DNA of 63,954 bases, the filler included, from Octopus bimaculoides (taxonomy: Eukaryota): assembly GCF_001194135.2 (NCBI RefSeq). It is 6 parts of 6 records of this genome, joined end to end, with 100 filler letters (N's around TTAATTAATTAA, not from the genome) between each part and the next. Parts side by side here need not be neighbours in the genome. Positions count along the whole stretch, not along the records: positions 17,537 to 32,893 come from NC_069000.1; positions 32,994 to 57,573 come from NC_069010.1; 4 more parts are not named here. One strand, 5' to 3'. The notes under the pieces were generated by a model. That model searched no databases. It had not been told where the DNA came from and saw only the letters and a program-made list of their open reading frames with translations. Shown here piece by piece: positions 25,815 through 38,015 of this stretch. Made by a program: the position numbers and the translations under genes. How positions within the stretch are numbered: position 1 is the stretch's first letter; the number at the start of each line of letters is the position of its first letter.

Positions 25815-28800
25815 NNNNNNNNNNNNNNNNNNNNNNNNNNNNNNNNNNNNNNNNNNNNNNNNNNNNNNNNNNNNNNNNNNNNNNNNNNNNNNNNNNNNNN
25901 NNNNNNNNNNNNNNNNNNNNNNNNNNNNNNNNNNNNNNNNNNNNNNNNNNNNNNNNNNNNNNNNNNNNNNNNNNNNNNNNNNNNNNNNNNNNNNNNNNNN
26001 NNNNNNNNNNNNNNNNNNNNNNNNNNNNNNNNNNNNNNNNNNNNNNNNNNNNNNNNNNNNNNNNNNNNNNNNNNNNNNNNNNNNNNNNNNNNNNNNNNNN
26101 NNNNNNNNNNNNNNNNNNNNNNNNNNNNNNNNNNNNNNNNNNNNNNNNNNNNNNNNNNNNNNNNNNNNNNNNNNNNNNNNNNNNNNNNNNNNNNNNNNNN
26201 NNNNNNNNNNNNNNNNNNNNNNNNNNNNNNNNNNNNNNNNNNNNNNNNNNNNNNNNNNNNNNNNNNNNNNNNNNNNNNNNNNNNNNNNNNNNNNNNNNNN
26301 NNNNNNNNNNNNNNNNNNNNNNNNNNNNNNNNNNNNNNNNNNNNNNNNNNNNNNNNNNNNNNNNNNNNNNNNNNNNNNNNNNNNNNNNNNNNNNNNNNNN
26401 NNNNNNNNNNNNNNNNNNNNNNNNNNNNNNNNNNNNNNNNNNNNNNNNNNNNNNNNNNNNNNNNNNNNNNNNNNNNNNNNNNNNNNNNNNNNNNNNNNNN
26501 NNNNNNNNNNNNNNNNNNNNNNATATATATATATATATATAATAATAATAATATAAATATATAGATATAGGCATATATCCATACATATATGTACATACCT
26601 ACATCTATATGTATACATACATGCATATATGGGTACAGGACATACAAAAAACGAAAACATAAAAACGAAGACAGAAAATGAACATATTTCGAACAATGAA
26701 AAAAACAAACAAACAGAGAAACGAGACATGCAATATAAAGAGTATATCCTTTCGTCAGTTGTCCCTGTCCATCTGATGGGCTTCTTTCAGTTTCGTCTAC
26801 CAAATCCACTCACAAGACTTTTGTTGGCCCAGGGCTGTAGTAGAAGGCATTTGCCCAAGTTGCCATGCAGTGAGACTGAATCCAGAACCATGTGATTGAG
26901 AAGCAAACTTCTTACCACAGAGCAAAGTGTCTTTTAAGATCCAGTCTTTAGTTCTTATTTCATGGCATTAAGTAGATTAAGTGATATCCAATCCATCACT
27001 TCTGTAACTATGACTCTAGCCTCTCCCTTTCTCTCTCTTTTCCTTTCTCTTTCTGACAAATCTCTTATGCGATATGGTATATGTTCTTAAGTAGCATTAA
27101 TCATTTAACATTTAAACCAGCTATATCTCGCCAAGATATTCTACTTGTTTTATGTTCAAACTGACCAGGTCCAGCCTCTTAAGCCTACCCTACAATGACA
27201 TGCTAAAAGTAGACAATTGCATCAACAAAATCTTGAAGCTATGAGATAACGTATGATTAATGCAAAGCAATGTAAATAAATAAGCATTATGTCTGACTGA
27301 GTAATCTGAATGCTAAAGAGTAAAGTGAACAGAGGAATGTAGAATTAAGTATATAGCTTAAATGCATCATGAAATCTTGTAACTGGTTTGAACACAAGAA
27401 CTGCTTGAACTTGCTAGTAACAAATCAATGCATCCATTTGGCTATTCCACTTCTGTGTGTATGTGTGAGTGCCTGTGAACTGGCTTCTCATATTCTTTTA
27501 TCAGTTTCATTTATTAGCCTGTGGCCTTTCTGTGGCACTATGTTCAGGATTTAAAGCTTTTACATATCTGTATTTGTTTTAAAGGTATATATAATATATA
27601 ATATATTATGAAGTACTTAAGGTACTTAATTATATATAAATACATGCACTCCATAATTAAGCATTGAGTCATTTAAAATTTTTTTTATCTAAACACTATT
27701 TACATTGTATTTACATACACACATCTGTATGTTTGTGTGTCTGNNNNNNNNNNNNNNNNNNNNNNNNNNNNNNNNNNNNNNNNNNNNNNNNNNNNNNNNN
27801 NNNNNNNNNNNNNNNNNNNNNNNNNNNNNNNNNNNNNNNNNNNNNNNNNNNNNNNNNNNNNNNNNNNNNNNNNNNNNNNNNNNNNNNNNNNNNNNNNNNN
27901 NNNNNNNNNNNNNNNNNNNNNNNNNNNNNNNNNNNNNNNNNNNNNNNNNNNNNNNNNNNNNNNNNNNNNNNNNNNNNNNNNNNNNNNNNNNNNNNNNNNN
28001 NNNNNNNNNNNNNNNNNNNNNNNNNNNNNNNNNNNNNNNNNNNNNNNNNNNNNNNNNNNNNNNNNNNNNNNNNNNNNNNNNNNNNNNNNNNNNNNNNNNN
28101 NNNNNNNNNNNNNNNNNNNNNNNNNNNNNNNNNNNNNNNNNNNNNNNNNNNNNNNNNNNNNNNNNNNNNNNNNNNNNNNNNNNNNNNNNNNNNNNNNNNN
28201 NNNNNNNNNNNNNNNNNNNNNNNNNNNNNNNNNNNNNNNNNNNNNNNNNNNNNNNNNNNNNNNNNNNNNNNNNNNNNNNNNNNNNNNNNNNNNNNNNNNN
28301 NNNNNNNNNNNNNNNNNNNNNNNNNNNNNNNNNNNNNNNNNNNNNNNNNNNNNNNNNNNNNNNNNNNNNNNNNNNNNNNNNNNNNNNNNNNNNNNNNNNN
28401 NNNNNNNNNNNNNNNNNNNNNNNNNNNNNATATATATAATAGAAATATGTTTCAAAAAGAAAATAGAAACTACACGTGGGAAAGATATGGGGAAAGTACG
28501 AAGAAAAATAGTGAAAATGCACATTGAATATCAAAAAAATGAAGGTTTTTTTTAATGAAAAGTAGCAATAAATATATACAATTAGATGAAGTGAGGTAGA
28601 ATTAAGAGGAATAAAAGTCATTATTTTGAATTGTTAAAGAGATTCAAAGTCAGACCGGTATCATCATTGCTGTTCACTATATATATATATATATATATTC
28701 AAAACATAGAATCCAAGATGACTAGTGATATCCTGTCCCTTATTCAGAAAAGGCACAAAATCTTTCCCTTCCTTGAATGAAGATTGTGTTTAAAATATTT

Positions 28801-28992
28801 CAAATTTTCCCTCATTATAGCATATGTAGTGAAATTAATTTTACTTTCATATATATATATATATGTGTGTGTGTCTATAACTGGTGCATTAACAGTGTTT
28901 TGTTTGAAAGCTATGCTATACTGTCTTTCTATCATGCTGACCCTTATTTTTTTACCCATAAAAATATTTGTATACAGACAATATTTGTATAC

Positions 28993-29158
28993 AGGCATAG
29001 GAGTGGCTATGTGGTAAGTAGCTTGCTTACCAACCACATGGTTTTGGGTTCAGTCTCACTGCGTGGCACCTTGGGCAAGTGTCTTCTACTATAGCCTCGG
29101 GCCAACCAAAGCCTTGTGAGTGGATTTGGTGGACGGAAACTGAAAGAAGCCTGTCGTA

Positions 29159-29207
<49 letters not shown>

Positions 29208-29415
29208 TTGTGTGTCTGTGTTTGTCCCCCCAACATCGCTTGACAACCGATGCTGGTGTGTTTACGTCCCGTAACTTAGTGGCTCGGCAAAAGAGACCGA
29301 TAGAATAAGTACTAGGCTTACAAAGAATAAGTCCTGGGGTCGATTTTCTCGACTAAAGGCGGTGCTCCAGCATGGCCACAGTCAAATGACTGAAACAAGT
29401 AAAAGAGTAAAAGAG
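28993..29415 (+). mobile_element. tRNA-derived SINE family B, full-length with internal (TA)n(TG)n
   Basis: Head GGAGTGGCTATGTGGTAAG...GGGTTCAGTC, CORE-like ACCTTGGGCAAGTGTCTT, tail GAAACAAGTAAAAGAGTAAAAGAG. Other approximate copies: 3605-4010, 5110-5290, 26776-26922(-), 33615-34005(-), 39115-39280(-), 44455-44670, 50826-51150(-), 51525-51705(-), 53613-53780(-), 62455-62760(-). Confidence 0.88.
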
Positions 29416-30355
29416 ACAAGGTATTTATATCTATCAATACATATAGTGTTGGCTAAAATCTATAGATATAATCCTGTAGTACAGTACTGCATTGAAGCAA
29501 AGTGCTGTTATCATACCAGTAATTTTTAATTGAATTATCTGCAAAGAATGCATTTGTATGCAAATTGGAGCATATCTATCCAATTGTGTGCACCAATTCT
29601 CTCCAGAAATTGGCCTTGTGCCAAGTCAGAAGAAATCAATGTCTGTGTTATATATGTTTGAAATAAAGGTTTAAAGATTAGTTAAAAGTCTTCATTCTAT
29701 TTCGATATAGTGTTGTTGTAGCTGTTGTTATGCTTGTTGTTGTTGTTGTTATGACCTACATGCAAATAGAAGAAATCATGTAGAGGACATTAATAGAACA
29801 TGCATATTGATTCAGATAATCTGATATCTAACAAGGAATCAAAGAACTTTTGCATTTTCTCTCTCTTCACACTTTGCTACCAATACAAAAACTGTTTCCG
29901 ATGAAAATATTGCCTTTCTTTGCATTCCGTCTCTCTTATTCCTCGCTCTCCCACCATAGATATACAAGTGTCTGCATGTACTTAGATTTAAGCCAAGGAG
30001 AGGTGAACAGCTAAATAGTCTGATCTGGTAGAAATAGCAGCCAAAACTTCCCTGAACCACCCTCAACTAATTTAAAGACAGTACTCTTTAGATATAATGT
30101 AGATCATGATAGACTATTCCTGGAAGAGAGACAAAACTATCTTGGATGGAGTATCTTTGACCTAAGAGTATATTTGATTAAGGCTGGTTTAGGGCTGAAT
30201 GACTCACATTATGATCACACATCCATTTCTCTCCTTCTCTTCATCTGTCTGTCTGTTTGTCTGTCTTTCAATGTCTCTGTCTCTATGTCTGTCTATCTGT
30301 GTAACCTATCTGTCTATTTATCCATCTTTCTGCCTGTATATCTATCTATCCATCT

Positions 30356-30407
<52 letters not shown>

Positions 30408-30431
30408 GCCTGCCTGCCTGCCTGTCCGTCC

Positions 30432-30467
<36 letters not shown>

Positions 30468-30578
30468 GTCTATTTGTCTATCTGTTTGTCGTCTTTCTAT
30501 GGTTATCTGTCTGTCTCTGTCTATCTGTTTGTCTGTCTATCTTTTTATCTGTTGTCTGTCTATCTATCTATCTCTGCT

Positions 30579-31750
30579 AAATGGGGGGGCTGGGCATGCC
30601 ATGGTTGATGAAGTGCAGACATGCGCTGAGACTGTGACATCTCCGGCGCCTTATAGATGACGGTGAACAGGTGTGGTCGCCGTTTGTGCAGCGTGCTTTC
30701 TCGCGGCTCGTCTCTTTGGCCGAACTGTAGTCATGGATCAAATGGAGACCAAGGCTAGGTGAATGGCACCATGAGTGCTGCCTTGCTCTCAAGCAACTCT
30801 GCCGTCTGGGATCAAAACTTGTGTGACTTCAATTCCACAAAGATGTTCTATAGAGGATTAGTGAAGAGAAGGTGTGATGACGTTCTTGGGCAGATTCTGG
30901 GCGTTGATGAGGAACACCTGACCCACCTGTTCAGGACAACTTTCAGGCCAGGACTTATAGACAATCACCACAGATCCCTGGCCTGGCAGTGCTATCAAGA
31001 ATCATTTCCCATTCGAGATAAGCTCTACAAGCACGGTTCGAAACACACCAGACTGACTTGTCCAAGATGTGGTCAGAGCAATGAAACCGTGCTGCATGCA
31101 CTCATGCAGTGTCCAACCATTTCGGACCTGTGGGCTTATGCTGAACGGCTGCTGGGACGAGTTAGCTTATCGGCCGAGTCTATCATGAAAATTGCCCTGC
31201 TACCATCCCTTAACCGGGAAGGCAAGGCAGTCTTCATCATACTAGTGGCCATGGTGAAAGAATGTGTGTGGTGAACTCAAGCGAAAGGTTTAGAGACACT
31301 TTCCTCTCTGGCTAATTGCTCAACTTTTTCAAGTACCACTCAAAAAGGAAAGTGAGAATAGAGAGGCAAGTTTTGTCTTGTGAAAATTTCAATAAAAGGT
31401 GGGTGAATGTAGCAAAGATGGTACATGTGAATGATGAAACCACTTAAATCAAAAAGAGAGAGAGAGAGAGAGCACTCTAATCTCATGTGTTTATTCCCGC
31501 CCTGCCCCAGGTTACCGTGGTCTTTTCCATAGGCCTTTCTCCCCATGGATAAACCTAACCTTTCTTTTTACATTTTTAATATTTTCTGTGATACATGATC
31601 CCTTGTGATTGTTTTTTTTTTTCACGATCCCTTTTGATTGGAATTCTATTTTCTCCTTTGTTTTCTTTATTTTTTCTATTTTTAAAAAAAAAGCTCTACA
31701 TTGTATTTTGTCCCCTCTGTGTTTGGCCCTGTGTAGTTAATAAAAAAAAC
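30579..31750 (+). mobile_element. 5'-truncated L1/Tx1-clade LINE (post-RT region, CCHC zf-RVT, 3' UTR)
   Basis: GGLGMPWL...ALRLRHLRRL motif; CPRCGQSNETVLHALMQC zinc knuckle; 3' end TTTTGTCCCCTCTGTGTTTGGCCCTGTGTAGTTAATAAAAAAAAC. Confidence 0.85.
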
Positions 31751-31780
31751 TTATCTATCTATCTATCTATCTGTCTATCT

Positions 31781-31811
<31 letters not shown>

Positions 31812-32180
31812 TATTTGTTTGTCTGTCTTTCTCTGTCTGTCTGTCTGTTTTTGTCTATCTTTTTATTTGTTGTCTGTCTGTCTGTCTATCTATCTATCAC
31901 TCTGTTTGTCTGTCTATCTGTCTATTTGTTTGTCTGCTTTTCTGTGTCTGTCTGTCTGTCTATCTGTTTGTTTGTCTATCTTTTTATTTGTTGTCTATCT
32001 ATCTATCTATCTATCTGTCTATCTATCTATCTATCTATCTACCTACCTACTTACCTACTTACCTATCTGTGTGTGTTTATGCACAATCAGGAGATTAACA
32101 ATTTATCAAGGTACTCAAGACATGAATTATCAGAATATTAGAATTATCATCTAGATTGAAATCCAAGAGGCAGATTTATT

Positions 32181-32440
32181 AAAGAATCCTTACAGATATA
32201 AATCTCTTTCACAACACAAAGCTGATTATCAAAGGAAAATGTATTTTATGAATTACTTTGTATAAATATAATATAAAAAAAAAGCACTGAAAAATCTGCT
32301 AGATCCAACAGATTCACACAACAGCCATTCAAAAGCTATTTCACTCTTAAAGTGTTCTTTAAACAAAATAGCATCAAATTCGTTTTCCTGTGATAAGTTT
32401 TGGTTTGTGAGACAAAATTCTATAACTGTAAGGATTCTTT
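32181..32440. mobile_element. Candidate MITE / fold-back with perfect 15-bp terminal inverted repeats
   Basis: AAAGAATCCTTACAG (32181-32195) and CTGTAAGGATTCTTT (32426-32440); no clear TSD. Confidence 0.4.
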
Positions 32441-32673
32441 GTATACACACACACTCACACACATACACACGCCCACACACACACATAGGCATTCTGAAGC
32501 AAACAGGAAAAACTGATTTCAAAATACGAGTATATGTATATGTTTATTAATATTTAGCAGGAGCAAAAGAGAGACTTAAGGTCCAAGAATTTCATGCGTT
32601 GGTACATAGAAGCACATGAAACTCTCAGACCTTGAGTCTGTTGCTTCTGTAATATATTAATAAAAATATACAC

Positions 32674-32708
<35 letters not shown>

Positions 32709-32893
32709 TCATCATCATCGTTTAACGTCTGCTTTCCATGCTAGCATGGGTTGGACGATTTGACTGAGGACTGGTGAAACCGGATGGCAACACCAGGCTC
32801 CAATCTAATTTGGCAGAGTTTCTACAGCTGGATGCCCTTCCTAACGCCAACCACTCAGAGAGTGTAGTATATATATATATATATATATATATA

Positions 32894-32993
32894 NNNNNNN
32901 NNNNNNNNNNNNNNNNNNNNNNNNNNNNNNNNNNNNNTTAATTAATTAANNNNNNNNNNNNNNNNNNNNNNNNNNNNNNNNNNNNNNNNNNNN
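32894..32993. other. Artificial scaffold-join spacer (3 of 5)
   Basis: Identical 100-nt spacer, 108 nt upstream of the first visible claret-like exon. Confidence 0.95.
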
Positions 32994-33031
<38 letters not shown>

Positions 33032-33100
33032 GCATATCTGTATATAAATGTTCTTTCTCTCTTTCTTTCTATTCTCATTGGCTCATTGACCTATGGATAG

Positions 33101-33270
33101 GTCATCTGTTGATATACTGGAGTGTACCTGGTCAACGGCCCAAGTCAAGGTTACTGCCATGGCTGGAACAACGTCCAATAGTCAGCCTTTGTTTCGACCC
33201 GTCCGCTACCTGGTTGTTGGTCATCACTACACAGATCGACATGTTTATCATCCCGGCATTATCATTAATG
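33101..33270 (+). CDS. claret-like exon 1 (first visible; starts in phase 1)
   Basis: ag|GTCATCTG...TTAATG|gtatgt; [56 protein letters not shown]. Confidence 0.85.
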
Positions 33271-36200
33271 GTATGTACTTTCAAATCTCTTCAGGCTCTT
33301 GTTTTTTGTTTTGTCTTCTTTTGTCTGTGGTTAATTATTCTTGTCTTTGAGTTTTCGGCTGAAATCTTTGGCATTATGTCATGCTTGAGAAAGGCGGCGA
33401 GTCTCATGGCTGGCCAGTAACGTATTTTTCTGCAATGTATGGATAATTCATCCTGATCACGCTATTTATTAACATTATCACGCGTTTGAGAAATAAATAT
33501 ATTTCTGTTTCTTATTTATTTTTTATTCAATATCCAGGATCCCCAGAGCAAAGTAGATGCAACGTGGAAGAGAGATGATGCCACACATATAAGATTTAAG
33601 AAACCCAAAGGTAACTCTCTTTTACTTGTTTCAGTCATTTGACTGTGGCCATGCTGGAGCACCGCCTTTAGTCGAGCTAATCGACCCCAGGACTTATTCT
33701 TTGTAAACCTAGTACTTATTCTATTGGTCTCTCTATTTGCCGAACCGCTAAGTTACGGGGACGTAAACACACCAGCATCGGTTGTCAAGTGATGCTGGGT
33801 GGACAAACACAGACACACAAACATACATACACACACATATATATATATACATATATACGACGGGCTTCTTTCAGTTTCCGTCTACCAAATCCACTCACAA
33901 GGCTTTGGTCGGCCCGAGGCTATTGTAGAAGACACTTGCCCAAGGTGCCACGCAGTGGGACTGAACCCGGAACCATGTGGTTGGTAAGCAAGCTACTTAC
34001 CACACAGATATTTAGTTGTAACTTTGTCCCTATCCTATTTCCTTTTATTTCACGGTTTCATTAACTCTGGTCTTAGATGCTCCTGCTTTGGGTGACACAC
34101 CTGGCAGTCAGAATGCTCCAGCAGGACCAGTCACCAGCCACACTGCTGACTCTAGCAGGAGACGACTGCTATCTTGACTGCTGTGATGTTTTTTTTTGCA
34201 CTTTGAGCTGTTTATGTAGATTGAGGCTTTTCCTGAGGACAGGGTGCTAACCTGAAACCCAACTGCTTGCATTTAGGAAAGGGACTATAGCTGGGGCTGC
34301 CTTTGTTGACTGTTCTCTCACCTTCAGTCATGGACCACCTGGTCATTGGTCTTCTTGAGACACCTTGACCTTGGTAATTGCTGCAGCTTTTCTGCTTGCG
34401 GTTGTCTTCGGTCAAGGACACCTGGTCATTGCTCTTCGTGAGATACCACACCCCTAGTTGGTGGCCATACCTCCTCCATCTGCCTGGTGGTGCTATGTTA
34501 ACACCTCACCCTCATGGACATAAGCCCGCCACCTGAGGCCATGCGCCAGGGTGTGACACTTGGAGTCAGCACGATAGAGACTTACTGATGTGTGAGAGCC
34601 AGTGATACCATCCACCCTACCAGATAGGGAGTAGAATGCTAGGTACCAAAGGCATGATTTTAACCCAGACAATTCTTATTTGTTGACCTTTAATCTGACT
34701 TAATCTGCTTGCTATTTTAATCTATATCCTATTCTATCTTATCCTCCTTAGGTTTTCCATCGGCACTCTGTTGGTGGCACACACTGACCGGTTATGACGT
34801 CGCCATTGTCGGAACATCGGTGAGTAAATAGCATTCTTTTGCCATTTGTCTTAGCTTTTAGTATTTCCTATTTTAATTCTTCGCTACTAACGAGTGAATT
34901 GGCGCATGCATCGAGCATGGGTGTGTAGTTAAGAAGTTTGGTTCGGAACCATGTGATAAGAGGTTCCCTCCCACCGTGTGGACAGTGTCAGATAACATCC
35001 TATGGAGGACTAATAGCTACTGCTATTTAGCCCCAGGAAACACCGTCTCCAGCTGGCCATGACACATTTTCTGTGTCCTTATGTTTCCAAGGATTTCTCA
35101 AGGCTAGCACTGGCAACGATCTCGATTCCAATGTCTTTTCACGTGCCACCAGCACAAGTGCCACCAACGTTGCCTTCCTGGCACTTGTGCTGGTGGCACG
35201 TGAAAAGACATTGGAATCGAGATCGTTGCCAGTGCCGCTGGACTGGCTCTTGTGCGGGTGGCACATAAAATACACCATTTGAGCGTGGCTGTTGCCAGTA
35301 CCCCCTGACTGGCCTTTGTGCGGGTGACACGTAAAAAGCACCCACTACACTCTCGGAGTGGTTGGCGTTAGGAAGGGCATCCAGCTGTAGAAACTCTGCC
35401 AAATCAGATTGGAGCCTGGTGTAGCCATCTGGTTCAGCAGTCCCCAGTCAAATCGTCCAACCCATGCTAGCATGGAAAGCAGACGTTAAACGATGATGAT
35501 GATGATGAGTACTAACAAGACATCTATGTTAAGTTGGATGTAACGACTACCTTTTGATAATACTGTTTCCATTGCTAATAATTAATATATATTTTTTTTT
35601 TCTTCCATACGAAATTCTGTTCCCAGTTGGGTGAGCTTGTATTTGTCAACCTCCACACAAAGCGAGTTTTGGCAAACACCAGCATCCAGTCATACATTGT
35701 CAAACTTGATCTGATATTTGATGATGAACAAGTCAGTCGACATCTTCTGGTAAGTTCGTTTCCATTTGTATGTGTGTGCATGTGTTCTTTTTTGCTTTAT
35801 TACTATTATTATGTGGAGGCGCAATGGCCCAGTGGTTAGGGCAGCGGACTTGCGGTGGTTAGGGCAGCGGACTCGCGGTTTCGATTCCCAGACCTGGCGT
35901 TGTGAGTGTTGATTGAGCGAAAACACCTAAAAAGCTCCACGAGGCTCCGGCAGGGGGATGGTGGCGAACCCTGCTGTACTCTTTCACCACAACTTTCTCT
36001 CACTCTTACTTCTCGTTTCTGTTGTACCTGTAATTCAAAGGGGCCAGCCTTGTCACACTGTGTCACGCTGAATATCCCCGAGAACTACGTTAAGGGTACA
36101 CGTGTCTGTGGAATACTCAGCCACATATACTCTGGNNNNNNNNNNNNNNNNNNNNNNNNNNNNNNNNNNNNNNNNNNNNNNNNNNNNNNNNNNNNNNNNN

Positions 36201-37975
36201 NNNNNNNNNNNNNNNNNNNNNNNNNNNNNNNNNNNNNNNNNNNNNNNNNNNNNNNNNNNNNNNNNNNNNNNNNNNNNNNNNNNNNNNNNNNNNNNNNNNN
36301 NNNNNNNNNNNNNNNNNNNNNNNNNNNNNNNNNNNNNNNNNNNNNNNNNNNNNNNNNNNNNNNNNNNNNNNNNNNNNNNNNNNNNNNNNNNNNNNNNNNN
36401 NNNNNNNNNNNNNNNNNNNNNNNNNNNNNNNNNNNNNNNNNNNNNNNNNNNNNNNNNNNNNNNNNNNNNNNNNNNNNNNNNNNNNNNNNNNNNNNNNNNN
36501 NNNNNNNNNNNNNNNNNNNNNNNNNNNNNNNNNNNNNNNNNNNNNNNNNNNNNNNNNNNNNNNNNNNNNNNNNNNNNNNNNNNNNNNNNNNNNNNNNNNN
36601 NNNNNNNNNNNNNNNNNNNNNNNNNNNNNNNNNNNNNNNNNNNNNNNNNNNNNNNNNNNNNNNNNNNNNNNNNNNNNNNNNNNNNNNNNNNNNNNNNNNN
36701 NNNNNNNNNNNNNNNNNNNNNNNNNNNNNNNNNNNNNNNNNNNNNNNNNNNNNNNNNNNNNNNNNNNNNNNNNNNNNNNNNNNNNNNNNNNNNNNNNNNN
36801 NNNNNNNNNNNNNNNNNNNNNNNNNNNNNATTTATATCTAATTTAACAGGTCACATCGAAAAAAGGGTCACAATGGCAGCTACTTTTGGAGAAGTTAAAC
36901 AGGTCAGAATGGTACCAGGAAATTGAGTTGGTGTCCAAGAGTTCCCTCTTGTCTGCAGATGATACCTACAGTAACGTAGTCAGCATCATTGACCGAGCAG
37001 GTTAGTATGTTTTACTATCTCTCTTTGTATCCATCACTCTACCACTTATCTCCTCCTGTCTTTTTTTGTCTGTCTGTCTCTTTCTCTTTATGCATCATCT
37101 CTCTCTGTCTCTCTTTACCTCTCATCCCTCTGTTTCTTTGTTTCTATCTGTCTATATATCTATCCATCTATCTGTACATCTGTCTGTCTGTCTACCCCTG
37201 TCTGTCTGCCCTTGTCTGCCTGCCCCTGTCTGTCTACCCCTGTCTGTCTGCCCTTGTCTGTCTGCCCCTGTCTGTCTGCCCCTGTCTGTCTGCCCCTGTC
37301 TGTCTACCCCTGTCTGTCTACCCCTGTCTGTCTACCCCTGTCTGTCTACCCCTGTCTNNNNNNNNNNNNNNNNNNNNNNNNNNNNNNNNNNNNNNNNNNN
37401 NNNNNNNNNNNNNNNNNNNNNNNNNNNNNNNNNNNNNNNNNNNNNNNNNNNNNNNNNNNNNNNNNNNNNNNNNNNNNNNNNNNNNNNNNNNNNNNNNNNN
37501 NNNNNNNNNNNNNNNNNNNNNNNNNNNNNNNNNNNNNNNNNNNNNNNNNNNNNNNNNNNNNNNNNNNNNNNNNNNNNNNNNNNNNNNNNNNNNNNNNNNN
37601 NNNNNNNNNNNNNNNNNNNNNNNNNNNNNNNNNNNNNNNNNNNNNNNNNNNNNNNNNNNNNNNNNNNNNNNNNNNNNNNNNNNNNNNNNNNNNNNNNNNN
37701 NNNNNNNNNNNNNNNNNNNNNNNNNNNNNNNNNNNNNNNNNNNNNNNNNNNNNNNNNNNNNNNNNNNNNNNNNNNNNNNNNNNNNNNNNNNNNNNNNNNN
37801 NNNNNNNNNNNNNNNNNNNNNNNNNNNNNNNNNNNNNNNNNNNNNNNNNNNNNNNNNNNNNNNNNNNNNNNNNNNNNNNNNNNTATCTATCTCTGTCTAT
37901 CAGTCTGTCTGTCTATCTCTCTATCTATCTATCTAGCTACCTACCTACCTACTTATCTATCTTCCTACCTGCCTG

Positions 37976-38015
<40 letters not shown>

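Noticed and set aside
32253-32522. Minus-strand ORF (IEFCLTNQNL...WLLCESVG) as an exon
   Set aside because: No good donor; it overlaps the inverted-repeat element; no recognisable homology.
33093-33350. ATG-started [14 protein letters not shown]... as the gene start
   Set aside because: Wrong frame: the frame that splices consistently into exon 2 is the +1 frame beginning at the 33101 acceptor.
35813-35900. tRNA genes at SINE heads (also 28993, 42318)
   Set aside because: A/B boxes are present, but there is no complete cloverleaf and each continues into a repeat body.
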